A stretch of 64,000 nt of DNA from Saccostrea cucullata (taxonomy: Eukaryota), in assembly GCF_032062105.1 (NCBI RefSeq), contig NW_026930457.1, positions 62,001 through 126,000 of the forward strand, read 5' to 3'. Positions 37,898 through 52,000 of the stretch are shown here, piece after piece (the stretch's first letter is position 1; every line of letters starts with the position of its first letter). The notes under the pieces were generated by a model that was given only the letters and a program-made list of their open reading frames with translations, had not been told where the DNA came from and ran no database searches. A program made the translations under genes and the position numbers.

Positions 37898-38509
37898 AAA
37901 ATGTATTGGATAATGAACATCATGAATCATGTTAAAACATGGCTTGATTCTGTCGGCATAATGTATAAATGAACTGGTTGTGTGTTGTGTATCAATGAAC
38001 AGTAGATGTATGTAGCAAATCAGTTTTTACAAAAGTTTTTGAAAGTATGTTCATAAAAATTACCATCACATATCCAGAACTGTCACATTAATCTAAAAGA
38101 GCAGGTGCCATCATTTTCTGAATGAAAGCCAATACGGGGTATACAGGCTTATGACAAATGATAAGCTATTTTGATATGGAATGTTATTTTAAGTTCACTT
38201 GATCCAGATTAGTCTGGTGTCTGTTCTGTCCATGCATCTCAAGCCACTCCAAGACATTTTCAACTTCTGAATCACTATCATCTAAAGCAATTAAGCATTC
38301 TAGGGTAAAAAAGGTTTAAATGAAGCTATTTTTATTCTCCCTTAACATACAATGAAACTTAAGCTCAAACTGAAAGCATGTCCTCAAAACTTTTACATTA
38401 TTTTTTTTTAAAAGATTCTACTTTTACATTGTTTTAGTATTTTGCATCTGCCAGTTTTTCTTGGATGGTGTACCAAAATCTTTACTCATATTTTTTTTGT
38501 GCCATAGAA

Positions 38510-38750
38510 TTGTGATTATATTTGAAATACATTTAGAAATTACAACTCAAAATAAAAAATTTGTGTCTTTTGCTATTTTCTTGCATTTAACATATTTTGT
38601 GAGGAGTGTTTCTCACTATCCTATCATATTCTGTGATTATATTTGAAATACATTTAGAAAGTACAACTCAAAAAAAAAAATTCATGTCTTTTGCTATTTT
38701 CTTGCATTTAACATATTTTGTGAGGAGTGTTTCTCACTATCCTATCATAT
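38510..38750. repeat. ~120-bp tandem duplication in the probable VKOR 3' UTR
   Basis: TGTGATTATATTTGAAATACATTTAGAAA...CTATCCTATCATATTC occurs twice; AATAAA at 38774 and 38815. Confidence 0.85.
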
Positions 38751-38819
38751 TCCTGATTTGTAAAGAAATATTAAATAAAGTGTATTTTTGTGTCCTAGCT
38801 GTTTCATTTCCTTCAATAA

Positions 38820-39590
38820 AACTAGAACTGTCCAAACGGGACAAAATAACCCCCGCTGGGTTTATCAGAAGTAAGTTTTTCCATAAGAAAGATATGGACT
38901 GGACATGAATTATGAAATATTTCTTCCAGTGACCATGAACTTCCCCAAATGACCTTGGGTCAAGGTCATGACACACCCTTGGGTCATGGGCAATCTTTGT
39001 GTGAAATGACAATCTACCAAGTTTATCTATAGGAAAGGTATGGACTGGACACGAATTGTGAATTTTTCTTCCAGTGACCTTGAACTTCCCCAAATGACCT
39101 TAGGTCAAGGTCATGACACACCCATGGGTCATGGGCAATCTTTGTGTGAAATGACAACCTACCAAGTTTATCCATAAGAAAGATATGGACTGGACACGAA
39201 GTATGAAATTTTTCTTCCAGCGACCTTGAACTTCCCCAAATGACCTTGGGTCAAGGTCATGACACACCCTTGGGTCATGGGCAATCTTTGTGTGAAATGA
39301 GAACCTACCAAGTTTATTCATAAGAAAGATATGGACCGGACAGGAATTATGAATTTTTTCTTCAGTGACCTTGAACTTCCCCAAATGACCTTAGGTCAAG
39401 GTCATGACACACCCTTAGATCATGGGCAATCTTTGTGTGGAGTAGTAGATTCTAATGTCCCTCTGTAAGAAAGATATGGACCGGACACGATTGCACAGAC
39501 AGACGGACAGCTAGACAGACGGACAGACAGACAGACGGACAAGGTGATTCCTATATACCCCCCAAACTTCGTTTGCGGGGGGTATAAAAA
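38820..39590 (-). repeat. Second, inverted copy of the 146-bp-unit Helentron-type element (~4 units)
   Basis: Reverse complement of the termini and units of 36334-37556. Confidence 0.9.
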
Positions 39591-40140
39591 AATTGATGGT
39601 AAATTTAATGACAACCTGGTGTTTAAAAATTTGAAACTGTGAAGTAAAAAACATGCATAAAACTGTCAGTTTTAGATTTATTTTTGTATTATGCAAAAAC
39701 TTAAAAACAAACATTCCCAAAAAAGAATGTAAATGTATATAAAGCTGTGAATAGAATGGCAAAAATGACTATCTGTTCATTTACTTGTATGCTTATTACT
39801 TAACTAATCGTTACATAACTTAATACTTGACAAAACCATTGTTTGCTATTTCAAATAAAGTGAAATAACTTGCAATGACTATGGATAATATTTCACCTAC
39901 ACTTTACCAAAAAATGCCATGAATTTTCTGCATGGTAAAAAAATATAACACAGTGATGAAGTAAATATTTAACAAGCTGTTAGGCAGCAAAACAAAAATA
40001 GCACTTGTAAAAATTTGTTCAACAATACATAAAATTTGATAAAGTTCACTGTACAACATTTAAAACAGCATTAGTTGTAGATCTAAGGTTTTCTATCAAT
40101 AACTGCTATGTGTCTGTGGAATTGTTTGGTATAAGAGTAT

Positions 40141-43100
40141 TTAATAAGCGTGCTGGGCCACAAACAATGACTGTCCACCAGCGGCACTCTCCATTCCACC
40201 CTTGTACTTCCCTACAGCTGCTAAACCATTGGCCTGTTATAGAGAACACAACATACATGTTAGAAGTTAAAAGCAAACCTATCACTCAATTTCCAATTTT
40301 CTTTAAATGTTTGACAGTAAACAAAAGATTTAGTTCACAAATGATCTCAGAAATTTGTTGAGAAAGTATCATTAGTTCCAGAAATTTATGTACTGTAAAC
40401 CAACTACTATTCGTGTCATCTTTTATTTCTGATTCTACCCATTGATATCAATCCATGATGGATAGTTTTCATGTCTGAGGAAACGTTCACTACAATTACT
40501 AAGAAAAATTATTGGTTTGCGGCACTTAACTTTCGCAAGTGTAAGTGGGCTGCAGAAGTTGCGGATATTTCACACACACAAATAAAAGTTGGTTTACAGT
40601 ACATTGTACATGCTATAAGGCACCTCAAATTTACCAACCTTTGCACGTTTAATGAGTTCTGCCTGGGCAGCTGGCACATTTTCATCCTTGCCCTCCCATA
40701 TTTTTAGAACAGAGGCCTGCAGGGCACGACCAAATGAGAAGGTCAGAGCCCAGGGCTTGGGGCCCTGAATAGCGTTGATCATGTTCAGATTTAAGGTCGC
40801 ATCCTCCTCGGATTGCCCCCCAGACAGGAAGGTCACACCTACACAAGGGAAAGAGGTTATAATGTAAACAAGAAATGTATATATACAGTAAAACATGCCT
40901 ACAGTGAACTCATTTATAAGGAAGCCATGATTAAGTTAACTGATTTTTATCACTTTCAGCACTACGAACATATTATGAACTTAAAACATCAAAATTGTTT
41001 GTCCTCATAAACACTTTGCTATAAGGATAGTTTACTGTAAATAACAAAAGACCTAAAAAAACTCTTCTGAAGGTAAATAAACCTTTTTCATGAAATAACA
41101 CTATCGTTTAATAAAGTTATAATGAATACTTATTCCTGATCTTTAGTGAATATCTTTTAAATGCACTTATCTTTTTTTCTCATTAAATGCAATAAATCGT
41201 ACATAATGTACAGTTTTGAGTGTACCTGGGACAGCAGGAGGGACTGTTCTACTGAGAGCAAGAATGGTGGCTCTGGCATTGTCCTCCTTGGCAAATTTCT
41301 TGGGACAGCTCATTCCAGCGGTGACCATGTTAGGCTTTAGAAGAGTTCCCTCCAGATAGACGTGGTGATCTGCCAGGGCTTTGTATGTAAATGCAAGAAC
41401 CTGTTCAATAAGAAAACAATAAATTAATCTTTGCCTTAAGACACTAGATAGAAAAAATACGTACAGTATAGCTTCTGTATGGTGAAAAAAACGCGATTTT
41501 TTCTTTCAAGTATTAAATGCTAGTAATACTGCTAAATGTATTTATGGAAGTATTAAAACAATAATGATGCTGGAATTCAAGTTGTAAGATGAATTTAATT
41601 TAAAAATAAATACTTGTACTTGCAAAAATATTGTCAGGTCAATTTAAAAATTGTGAACTTTAAATTTGTAATGAAAATTATGAACTTCCACTATCTTTAA
41701 CCTCCAGGTCGACCAGGTGATAGAAAATCTGCTCACTATTTCCTTATATTTACTTTACTTTGGATTTTGAATATAGTTCATTTCATGGAAGAACAGTGGG
41801 TAAAAATCTAAAAGAATACATACCTGCTCTGTGACTTTCTGTGCTGTTTCTAAATCGTGATCACCATCTGGTAAAACTTCAGGTTCTACAATTGGTACCA
41901 GGCCATTCTGAAACAGAAATATTATGTTAGAGGAATGTACATCATGTTAAACTGACTGCATAAAATACAAACTATTCACTTCAGGGGTTTCAATGTGAAA
42001 AAGCATGTGTAAAAAAAGTTTTCGTTGATGAATCTGTCTCAAAGTGACTAGCTCTATCAATAACAAAGCGTAGCAAGCCAAACTGCAGAGCCTATAAGTC
42101 TAAATACACGATGTTATGAGGACTGGTCCTTTAGCCACGATGAGACTAAATGTTCTTTGAATGAATCTTAAGGATTGCAGATTTCCAGATGACTGCACGT
42201 CTAGAGCTGAAACGAATGTTCGAACATTCGCGAACGAATAGTTTTTCACGAGTATTCGAATGGAAAATTTGTATTCGAATATTCGGTCACATGTTTAATA
42301 CAACGTATTTCATGCAATAAATGGTGTAGGCTTATCCACTTGTTTTTGATCACGGTGGAAAAAGAAGCAAACGAAAGCAAATACATGTATAAGGCAGGTT
42401 GTAAACTTTGTTCACATGGTACTACTGGCCTGATAAAGACACGTCGTCAGATTTATTTAATCATCTTCAAGCCAATTATTCAGCAACCTCATGTATCTCC
42501 GAATTACTTTAGATATGGTGAAATTACAATTACAACTGACTGCCATGATTTTCGAAAGTAATAAAAAAAAATTATATTGTGCGGAGAGAAATATTCCGGA
42601 TCAACAAACGAATCGATTGTTCAGATTTATAATTTATAATTAATTGCAGGAATCATATATGAAAAATATACATTATATTACCGGTATATTTTTGGAGAAT
42701 GTTATATTTTAACTTTAAATATTGATTAAAAAATTCACAGGACGCTTCCGGAAACGAACTTTTTTTTGTTTTGTTTTATTTTTATAACAGTAAAACATGG
42801 CGAGCACCTGCTGGTTTGCTGATCGGGTGTTTTACGTAATCGAAATGCAATACAGTCACCTAATTTAAAGAAGTAAAGAGGCTTATGATTGTTGATAAAG
42901 ATTCTTTTTCTAGTTTTTTTTCTGAAAATAAACGCTGAGTCCTAATGCACATTTACATGTCAAACGGCTTGGAACAGACGTTTATTTCTTACACCTATCT
43001 TATACATTGATATATAGTAATAAACAATAGGATTTACAAGTATATGAAAAGGCATAATAAGTCTTTTATTTAATTACCGAATGTTCGAATACGAATCGAA

Positions 43101-46100
43101 TAACAGTCACGAATATTCGAATGTTGATTTATGGTATTCGTTTCAGCTCTATGCACGTCAGACAATGTAAGGACTTGTTCGGTATTGTCTAACATATGTA
43201 ATACAAATTTTTTTTTTGAAAAAGGCACTTTTCTCAGGCTAACAGATCTTTGGAAGGGTCGACAGCCTTTATCAGAGGTTGGCCATGCATGTCTATCATT
43301 TTTAAAATGAGTTTCAAACATTGCTGTTGAACAAAAATTATAATATTGATGAAATGAAAAGTGTCATTGCTTACTAATTGAACTGAGAAGGTAGACTAGT
43401 AACAAAATGTTTTCAGTTTTGCTGTTTTGTGCGAGTTTATGTTATTTGTGTGAACATCAATTATTTCATGAAATGTGATACATAAAAATTAATTTCTTAT
43501 GTATTTCTTTTAGCAGATAAACACAGCAAATGTTAATATTTACTGTATCACAAAACATCTATCTTTGTGCATGTATTTACCTGTTGACAGATGCTGGCAT
43601 AACGGGCCAAGACATTGGCATTCTCTAACATGGCCTGGTAGGAAGGGGTGTATTGCTGGATTTTTAGAACACAACGCCACTTGGCAAACTGAGCTCCATC
43701 TTTTTTGTACTGTGCACATCTTTCCGACAATCCATCCAAACCTTTAAAAAAATCAAATATTGAAGACTTCTAGAAATCCAAATGAGTTCCACATCACATA
43801 TGTTTTTCTGTATCGAGACTTGCCTATAACAAACTTCTTCCAATACAAAGCTTCTACACCTTTATTATATTCAAATGCAAACACACACACAACATAATCC
43901 TACCCTGTGTAGTGCACTCATTTTCTGTGCCAGCCAGTGGGACAACACCTTTATCCACTTTGATTCCTGGAATGATACCCTTGTCTTGCAGAACTTTTGT
44001 AAATGGAACTCCACTCTTGGTTTTCTGATAAAATGTTTCGTGGAACATGATGACACCACTAATGTTTTCTGCTGCTACTTTGTCCGATGTGAACAACAGC
44101 TCCCTGTAGCGTCTCCTGTTTTCCTCAGAGTTTTCCACATTTATGGGAGCAAATCTCTTTCCAATGGAACCTAAAGGCATTGTCATATAATATATATACA
44201 TTATAAGGAATGAACCACTGCAGATCCATATGTAATATTAAACACTGCCTCAAAGATATATTCACTCCATCAACAACTTTGTTTGTAAAGAACTTTCAAA
44301 TGGGCAACAGTTAGCGAACTTTAACAAATTATCTTTCAAAAGGCAAACCATGTATTGGCACAAAATATCCCATAACTGATCCCTCTACCCGATCTGAATG
44401 CAATGGTTATTAAGGCCTGTGATTTTATATCAGTATAAAAATTAATTTTTATCAAGCTTACTAATTTAGGCCAGGTAAAATTAATCTTTAGATTCTCATC
44501 CTAATTTGCAAAAAAATTGGGGCGGGTGGGCGGATTTTATTTTTAAGGTCTTCCGTTTCCAACGGAAGACTTTTTACTGATTCTGATGGTAAAGATTATT
44601 ATTCTTTTTTTTTCTTCTACTTCCTGCCAACTTTGAGGCTTCATATCTCACTCATTTCTCAAAGGATTTCGCTCAAATTTTCAGAGGTTATAGACGTTTA
44701 TAAATTCTATCAGAATGATGACTAAAATTTCAAAACGTCACTTCCGGTTTTGAGTTATTCCCCTTTAAACGAAAAATCATAGGCTTTTTCAGAGACCACA
44801 AAAGCTGGAGCAGAAATTTTACTTGTTTTAGATTTGAAGTTGTGCACATCGGTTTTTGTTTTTCGATTTCTGCATTCAAAATGGCGCTATATAGGGGTCA
44901 AAAATTAGAACACCTAAAAGAGCGAAAATTTACAGATGTTTTCCTTTTTATCTTGAAAACTAAAAATATTTTGTTAAGACATGTTGAATAAAAGTTGTGC
45001 ATAATTACAAGCGCTTTCATTTGATATCATTAAAAAGGGGCTGGCCCCTAAAATTAGGGATCTAGGTCCCTTGAAAGTTTTTGTTTAATATCTCAAAAAG
45101 TATTGAGAATTTATAATACGTCAAATAAGCAAAGCTGTTCAAAATGTCAAGCTTTATCTAATGAGATTGTCAAAATACGTCCGGGGACGTCACTTCCGGT
45201 CAAACCGGAAGTAGTCAAAAATTGCATATTTTTGTTGTTCTTGACAGGTTTTTGGATATCATATGTCGCTTCCGGTCAAACCGGAAGTTGCCAAAATGGC
45301 TTGATTTTGCAAAAATGAACATAGATTTTGAGGATTAAATCATTTTTCGACTTCATTGCTCTATTTTTTTCAAATGAAAGTTACTTCCGGTCAAACAGGA
45401 CGGAAGACCTACTCGTTGCTTTGCAACGAGCTCGACTCTAGTTTATTTTTTATAATTGTTAATTTATATATAGGCCTAAGTATCAACAAAACAATGGACG
45501 CCCCGTACACATTTTTTTCATTAACTTAATGCAGATATGAATAGATTTAATTCTTTTCATATTCTTTTAAATTTTTAAAGAAAATTTTTGCTTTAAAAGT
45601 TAAAAATGTATTGTTAATTAACAAATTATCAAGTACACATTATACGGCACACCCTGAACAAAATGAATACCAATAAATTGTGTATGCGCGACTTCTTATT
45701 TTGCAAAATCTATATAAATGTTCTAATAATTATTCTACTGAAAAATCTAGACTTTTCTTAAGTCTGTCTACGATGTTGTAGATTTTTTTTATTTCAAAGC
45801 TAAGTTACACAGCTGGAGATCGTTATATATAACTTGACCAGGTGTCATTTTCCTCGTCTATTTTTACTTAGTTACAATCTCTCTACATACTTGCTCCTGC
45901 CAGTGATGGTATCTATATGTGTTTATGCTATTTTTTCTTCTCTGCCTTCTCTATACTGACAAAGTATCTTTTCCTTACACATTTAAACTGCTTTTATTGC
46001 CGATTTTTCTCCATTCTTCACATGGCGTTTTTGCTATAAATAGCGACAAACTTTTAATACAGACGGGAGATAACTCTTAAACTTTGACCCAAATTCTTAC

Positions 46101-46431
46101 TGAAGAAAATACATGAAAATACCCAAAAATCAAAATAAAAAACATCGGGGCGGGACATTTTGAGAGGGGCGGGCGGGGATGAGAATCTAAAGATTAATTT
46201 TATATGGCCTTATCTCATAACTTTTTTTCTATTTTCCAATATTTGAAAGAACATTGTATTTCTTAATCTTTATTTTAAAGTTTGCATGAAATGTGAATGA
46301 GCTAGTGTATCAATAATACCAGTTGATTCATCAGCGGCTAGAATTCCTTTGCCGGGAGCAACAATGGCCTTAGCAATGTTTCTTAGTTCTTCCTCCTGTT
46401 TCGGAGTGAGGTACTGTGGAAATACAGGCAT
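40141..46431 (-). CDS. ALDO: Fructose-bisphosphate aldolase class I; exons 46431-46320, 44170-43904, 43741-43581, 41907-41824, 41400-41226, 40838-40639, 40233-40141 (363 aa); 5' UTR exon ending near 46815
   Basis: [43 protein letters not shown] (Schiff-base Lys), [19 protein letters not shown]-terminal HAY; 1092 nt in frame. Confidence 0.98.
40393..40599. mobile_element. Tc1/Mariner-type MITE
   Basis: TA|CTGTAAACCAACT ... AGTTGGTTTACAG|TA. Confidence 0.8.
42202..43151. mobile_element. hAT-type MITE in an aldolase intron
   Basis: TIR TAGAGCTGAAACGAAT / ATTCGTTTCAGCTCTA; perfect 8-bp TSD TGCACGTC; CGAATATTCG subterminal repeats. Confidence 0.92.
44469..46209. mobile_element. PIF/Harbinger-type non-autonomous element
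   Basis: GGCCA..TAAAATTAATCTTTAGATTCTCATCC / GGATGAGAATCTAAAGATTAATTTTATATGGCC; TTA TSD. Confidence 0.85.
44541..45443. mobile_element. Helentron-like element nested in the Harbinger element
   Basis: AGGTCTTCCGTT..AACGGAAGAC hairpin; subterminal CGGAAGACCT, CTCGTTGC-TTT-GCAACGAG hairpin, CTAGTT end; inserted in a T-run. Confidence 0.7.
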
Positions 46432-46892
46432 GTTTGATCTGAAAACAGAAGTTTAAGATAAACACATTAACATGAACAGGAAATCAATGAGTAATAGGCA
46501 AATGTTGTATGTCTTCCTGGATGAAATCAAATGTTGAAATGAGTTTTCCGTCTGAAAAAAATGGTGCACTTGTCAATACATGAACATACCTGATTCAAAG
46601 TCAAATAAACTAGATTGAATATACAGATCAACAGAAAAAAGTTCCTTGAAACAACCTTGGCACGTACAACCGTAAATATTCAGCTTGCAAAGTCGTGAAT
46701 GTGTCAAGGACAACCGGTCTTCTCGCGTATTTTTGCAGCTCTTGCCAAAATCGCCAAACTTTTTGGCTATTCGGTGGTTAGCTTTCAAGCAAATTTATAA
46801 GACGAAATAATTACCTTTTTATGCTAACTGCACTGTCAAGACTAACAGTTCCAGATTGTTTTGTCCTCTGAGTTAACTGCAAACAGGCCAAG

Positions 46893-46900
46893 TGACGTCA
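46893..46900. promoter_or_regulatory. CRE palindrome at the aldolase promoter
   Basis: TGACGTCA about 80 bp upstream of the 5' UTR exon donor. Confidence 0.45.
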
Positions 46901-49003
46901 CAATCAAAACGCAGTCGGAAATCCTTTGTACTTTTCATATCTCCAATGAGGAAATTTTCGGAGCACCTCTAAAAAAAATAATACTCGGTGTCGATAACGG
47001 TTAAACAAATAATTTCCGGAATGTTTGAAGAACGAACATCACCCCTTTTGTATTTTCCTTATTTTTTATGCCCCCGTAACTGAAGATTCAGGGATGTATA
47101 ATTTTTTTCTTGTCCATCTGTCTGTCTGTTTGTCCGCCAAAAATAACCTTGTCAGTCACCAAACTTATACTTATGAACCTTGATGCTAGGGCTTTCATAC
47201 TTCGAATTTACAATGCATGTGTTCATTGTGACCAGACCCTTCCTTATGTGAAAATATTTTTGACATTGACCTTAGAGTATGAGCCACTTAAAAGAAATCA
47301 ATCTTTGCCAAAACATGAACATTTAATTATAGTACTGGGGCTTCAGAACCGGGGGGGGGGGGGGGCATATACCCCCCCCCTTTCAATATGCTTCCGACGC
47401 CAATGGGTTTTCATATTTCACAGGGGTATTGCTTTGGAAACCAATAATCTTGATCATGACCTCGGAATCTGACCTATTTTTGAAATATTTTACGCTTATA
47501 TTTATATATTTATAATATTTTTAACAATTGGTATGTTTTTTTTTATATTTGATCAGTAAATTAATTGAAACAATGGCTTTCAAAAACATTTTGATCACTT
47601 GAATTTGAAAAGTTGGAGTTTGACATGCATTTTGCATTCCTTGTCCACAAATTTTCTGCTCCGATCTGTCTGAATAGAAAACGACTTTCAGTGCTTCGAT
47701 TATATACGCATCATTTAAATGTATATATACAAGTTGTAGTAGTTGTGATATGTCTTCCATCCTCACAGGGTCAGGGAGCTGAGTCCATACGTATCACTGA
47801 GGCCACAGGGCTCCACGAGCACGAGTGCATGGTGTTCCTCTTTCGAAAGATGCATTGCACACTTCGCTTCTAAAGACTACATCTGTACATTAACTTTATG
47901 TTTATAATACATACCTATAACTCCTCTACATGTCAGGCATTCATTCGCAAATCTTAATAATTAATCTGCATCTTTTACATTTTTTCTGAAAATTTTTCTT
48001 TCATTTCAAACCATCAATTCTTTCGGTTTCGTTGGTGTTTGTGCGATATGCATAAGCAGTCTTTGATTTTAAAGTACATATATTTTGTTTTTGATCATTA
48101 TCTTCCCTTTGAACGTGACTTCCATTGAAGAATTTAGAATCCTCTTTACCCAAGGATGTTTTGTATCAGCTTTTGTTATAATTGGCCATGGCCCGATGGT
48201 TTTTGAGAAGAAATTTTTAAAAAGTGAAAATTTTACAATTTTTATTAACATCTTTTATATTTATAAAGAGGTTTTTCTCTCGCCATTTCTTTTCTGAATG
48301 TTTTTTTACATTTAGTTTATATGAAAATTTTCATTGAGAGATTGCATGATTGCCTCTAATCTTTTTGATCAAGTTGGTCAAATTCTTCCTATGTTTATGG
48401 ACGCTAACTCCTATCACTTCAAACCTAGAATGTGTGCATGTTTGATTTGTCAAACATTTTTTTTTTCAAGTTAGTTTTCATTTTTTTCCTTCTTTCCCCA
48501 TTCCTTTCATCACTTCGATAGCGCTATCCATGACTGACATTGTTTTAAGTCATGCTTTTATCATGGCGTTTGGGCTTTCTACAAAGGTATAAAATAAAGA
48601 AGATATCATGATTTGCTTAACGAATTTGTATATCATTTACTTATCTTATAAAACAATTATGCATATATTCGAACTCGGTTAACATTGCACCTATATCATC
48701 ACAAAAACTGAAACTAAAACAGCAATAATTGTATAATACTGAAGAAAAAAAGATGAAAAAATAATTTTGTGTTTGTATAACCCATATTTCATATGCATTG
48801 AATAATTTTGTGACTCCTCTTTCTTGATAACTATTTGTTTTCACTGAATGCGTCGGAAGCTTCGTTCGATGTTTAACGTATACTTCCACAGTAAGCAGTA
48901 ACAACATTAAAAATTTAAGAACTTATACAAATGCAAACATCACGGTATTTGAAATGAACATCTATTAAAATACCAAAAATTGATATTTTTCAGCAGAAAC
49001 AAT

Positions 49004-52000
49004 TCACACGCCACCAATATAGCCCTGATTCTCATCCAGGATGATTCTAGCTTGTTTTTGTCTACACGTTTGTTCTCCGTGTCTCTGGAAACACCTTCTT
49101 TCCACATCCTTTGCAAGATCCCATTTCTTCATTTTGACATAGGACATCCCCAATAACTGGAACGGCCTCCATCTCGAGTCATTGGTTTCCAAACATTTTT
49201 CGAGTCTCTCAGCAGCTACGTCAAATTCTGATACGGTGTAAAGCCAACTTCCCTCGTACTCCAGCAGTGTTGCGTTTTCTCCCGACACCATGGACCTAGA
49301 CAAGGAGATGCTCTTTCTCGCTTCTTTTTCATTAAGATTGCGATATAAAGTCAAGAAACCTTCTGTTGTGTATATAGGCTGAAATCCCAACTCCATGAAT
49401 ATTTCAGCCCTTATTTTATCACAGATCACATAATTATATTCTGTCCTTCCAAGTAATAATTTTTTCAAGTAAAATTCATTATCCTTGTAAACAAAGTCTG
49501 TAAAACGATTCATTATTCGTATGTGTTCAGTTATATGGAACTGATGATGCGAAATGAGCAGAAAATCTCTACTTCTGTACTCATGGTATTCGTTATGGAT
49601 AAGAATAAGTAAAGGTACATTATGATTAATAATAGTGTATCCATGTGTAAGATATAAACTACTGTCCGCAAATACTCCAGTCACGTTGCTACGGTGACTT
49701 ATAAACTGAAGACACGAGTTGACGTCCCTGGACTCTTTCATTCGCGGGTAAGTCCATGGATTACCTAATGATGAAGTGGGCGATGGATACATACTGTAGG
49801 AATTCAAAGCATAAAGTCCTAGAAAGAAAACAAGTAACACTTTCAGATGTTCTTCCTTGAGAATGCTTTGTCTCATTAATGCAAGATTGTGATGAAAAGA
49901 ACAGGCGCATATAATCAACACTAACACAATGACATTATGTAGATGTCTGCTCTCCAGTTGCTTCATTAGGAAATGGGAGGCAAATTGTAAAATGGTTAAA
50001 AATATCAATACGACTGTAATGATATTCTCCAGATTAGCTGTTCTTCTAACCGACTGTCTGAAAAATCCCACGAACAATCCAACAACTGCTAAAACGATAA
50101 ACAGAGATGAAAATATATCTGTAAAGAATATTTCCAGAAGAAATTTTAACGGCTTCTGGTCGCCGAAGAAAGTGGAGGGTAAACTGTTTTTGATGTTAAA
50201 GTTCATCCATTGGAAAGGTGATATGAACATGCTGCCGTATCTGTACAAATCTTCATATCCACCCACCCAAATGGCTGTAACAAAACCACATCCAGCAAGT
50301 AAAGCCATTATAAGTGAAGTCGTCACCTGACTGACATGAATAAATATTAAAGGATACGTGACTAGAAGTGTGCCAATGAAAATGGCCGAGTCAATACGAA
50401 TATAACAAGCAATACCAAGTATGAATCCACTGAATAGATATGTCACTGACTGAAATATTCCAAGAAATCTAACATTTGATGTCTTCTTTTGTACATGGTC
50501 TTTCTTTACGTTTTCACTTGAAGATGCATTTTCACTTTTTGTTGCATTTGTAATGTTTGCATGACCATTTTGATTGCTGGCTTGGGAAGCTAACATAGCA
50601 GGTGATGGATTGTATCTACTGTCTAGAAAGAATCCAAGTAATGGTGTCAGAAAGGCGATCACAAAGGGGCTAAGAAGGCTAACGTCTAACGCATGCGTCC
50701 CAAGGACGGACAGAGGAAGTGAACATGCAGTGAAGATTGCTGCTAGTTGACTTGTTAGTACACAGGGATACAGTCTTCTCACAAAATAGTACACTGCCAA
50801 TGGCAGTAAAGATGTCACAATCACATGACCCGTTCTTGCAATCTAAAAAAGGATTAATATAACATTACTGATTAAAAAAAGAAGTGGCAAGATTATGTGA
50901 ACTGTAATTTTTTTTGGAAATGTATATTATGCAATTCATATGTACCATCAGTGGTTGAAGTTGGACTCCCAGGAAGTCTGCAATGGCGAACATGAGCATG
51001 TAAATTCTAGGCAGCAAGAACGAGCGTAGACTGAACATCCCAGACAGAAGCTCCTGCTCCTCAACAGAAGTCGCATTGGTTGGCGGAGGAAGATAGTCAT
51101 AAAACCGGAAACCATAGCCATGGTACTCGGAGAAAGCAACTGCCAAAAAAAATCAACGCATTCAATTAACGAGTACACAAGAAATTTGATACGTATAAAA
51201 CAAACTGTTTTTATTTTTCAAAATGAAAGTTTGGGATTTTGAAGTCTTTTGTATTTGGTGCTACATAGAATCTATATTTGACGAAGTTCAAGAAGACATG
51301 CCATTTAGAAACATTGTAAGGAATTCAATTCTCAATAAAAGCAATTACTAGTATATTTTTCTTGGAAATTTAAATATTACCAAATAATTGTCATAACAAT
51401 AACGTATTTTCTCAGAAATAGAACCTTATATAACTTTTTAGAAAACTGCATCGTTCAGTTTAATCTAAATTGACTTTTTTTTTTAAAAACTTTTAATTCC
51501 AATCTTTAAAAATTAACGATCTACAGAACAGACCAGAACTTTCACCATGGTGAAGATCGATTTTAAAATAATCGATGTCGACCGTACAAACTATAATAAT
51601 ATATCAAGTCTAATTGTTAGTGGGTATATAATTTATAAAATGTAATGGTTGAATTGGCAGACTTATTATGGTTTAAATACATACATAACCTCGGCTAAGT
51701 AAAAATTTACCTGTTCTAGTTGTGTTTGACCAGCTGGAAACGTAGGGTCGCTGTCTCATTCAGACAATTAGTTAGAGAAAAATAAAAGCCAGTCGTTTAT
51801 TCTATATAATAAATTGGGCGTGAAATACAAGTTAAAAGACATTTACACTGTAATATGGATACAATATACTCGTTGTTTACTCGGTAAACACCCCTCTCAC
51901 CTTCCACTGTTTGGAATATTTCGTCTGGGTGTAAAATCCACAAACTCTGAGGCTGACCAATGTAATGGATCCTGACACACATTGTGACTACACAGACAAT

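Noticed and set aside
49929-50330. Antisense ORFs (also 4087-4290, 43875-44174, 12788-13006)
   Set aside because: Shadows of real coding exons on the opposite strand.
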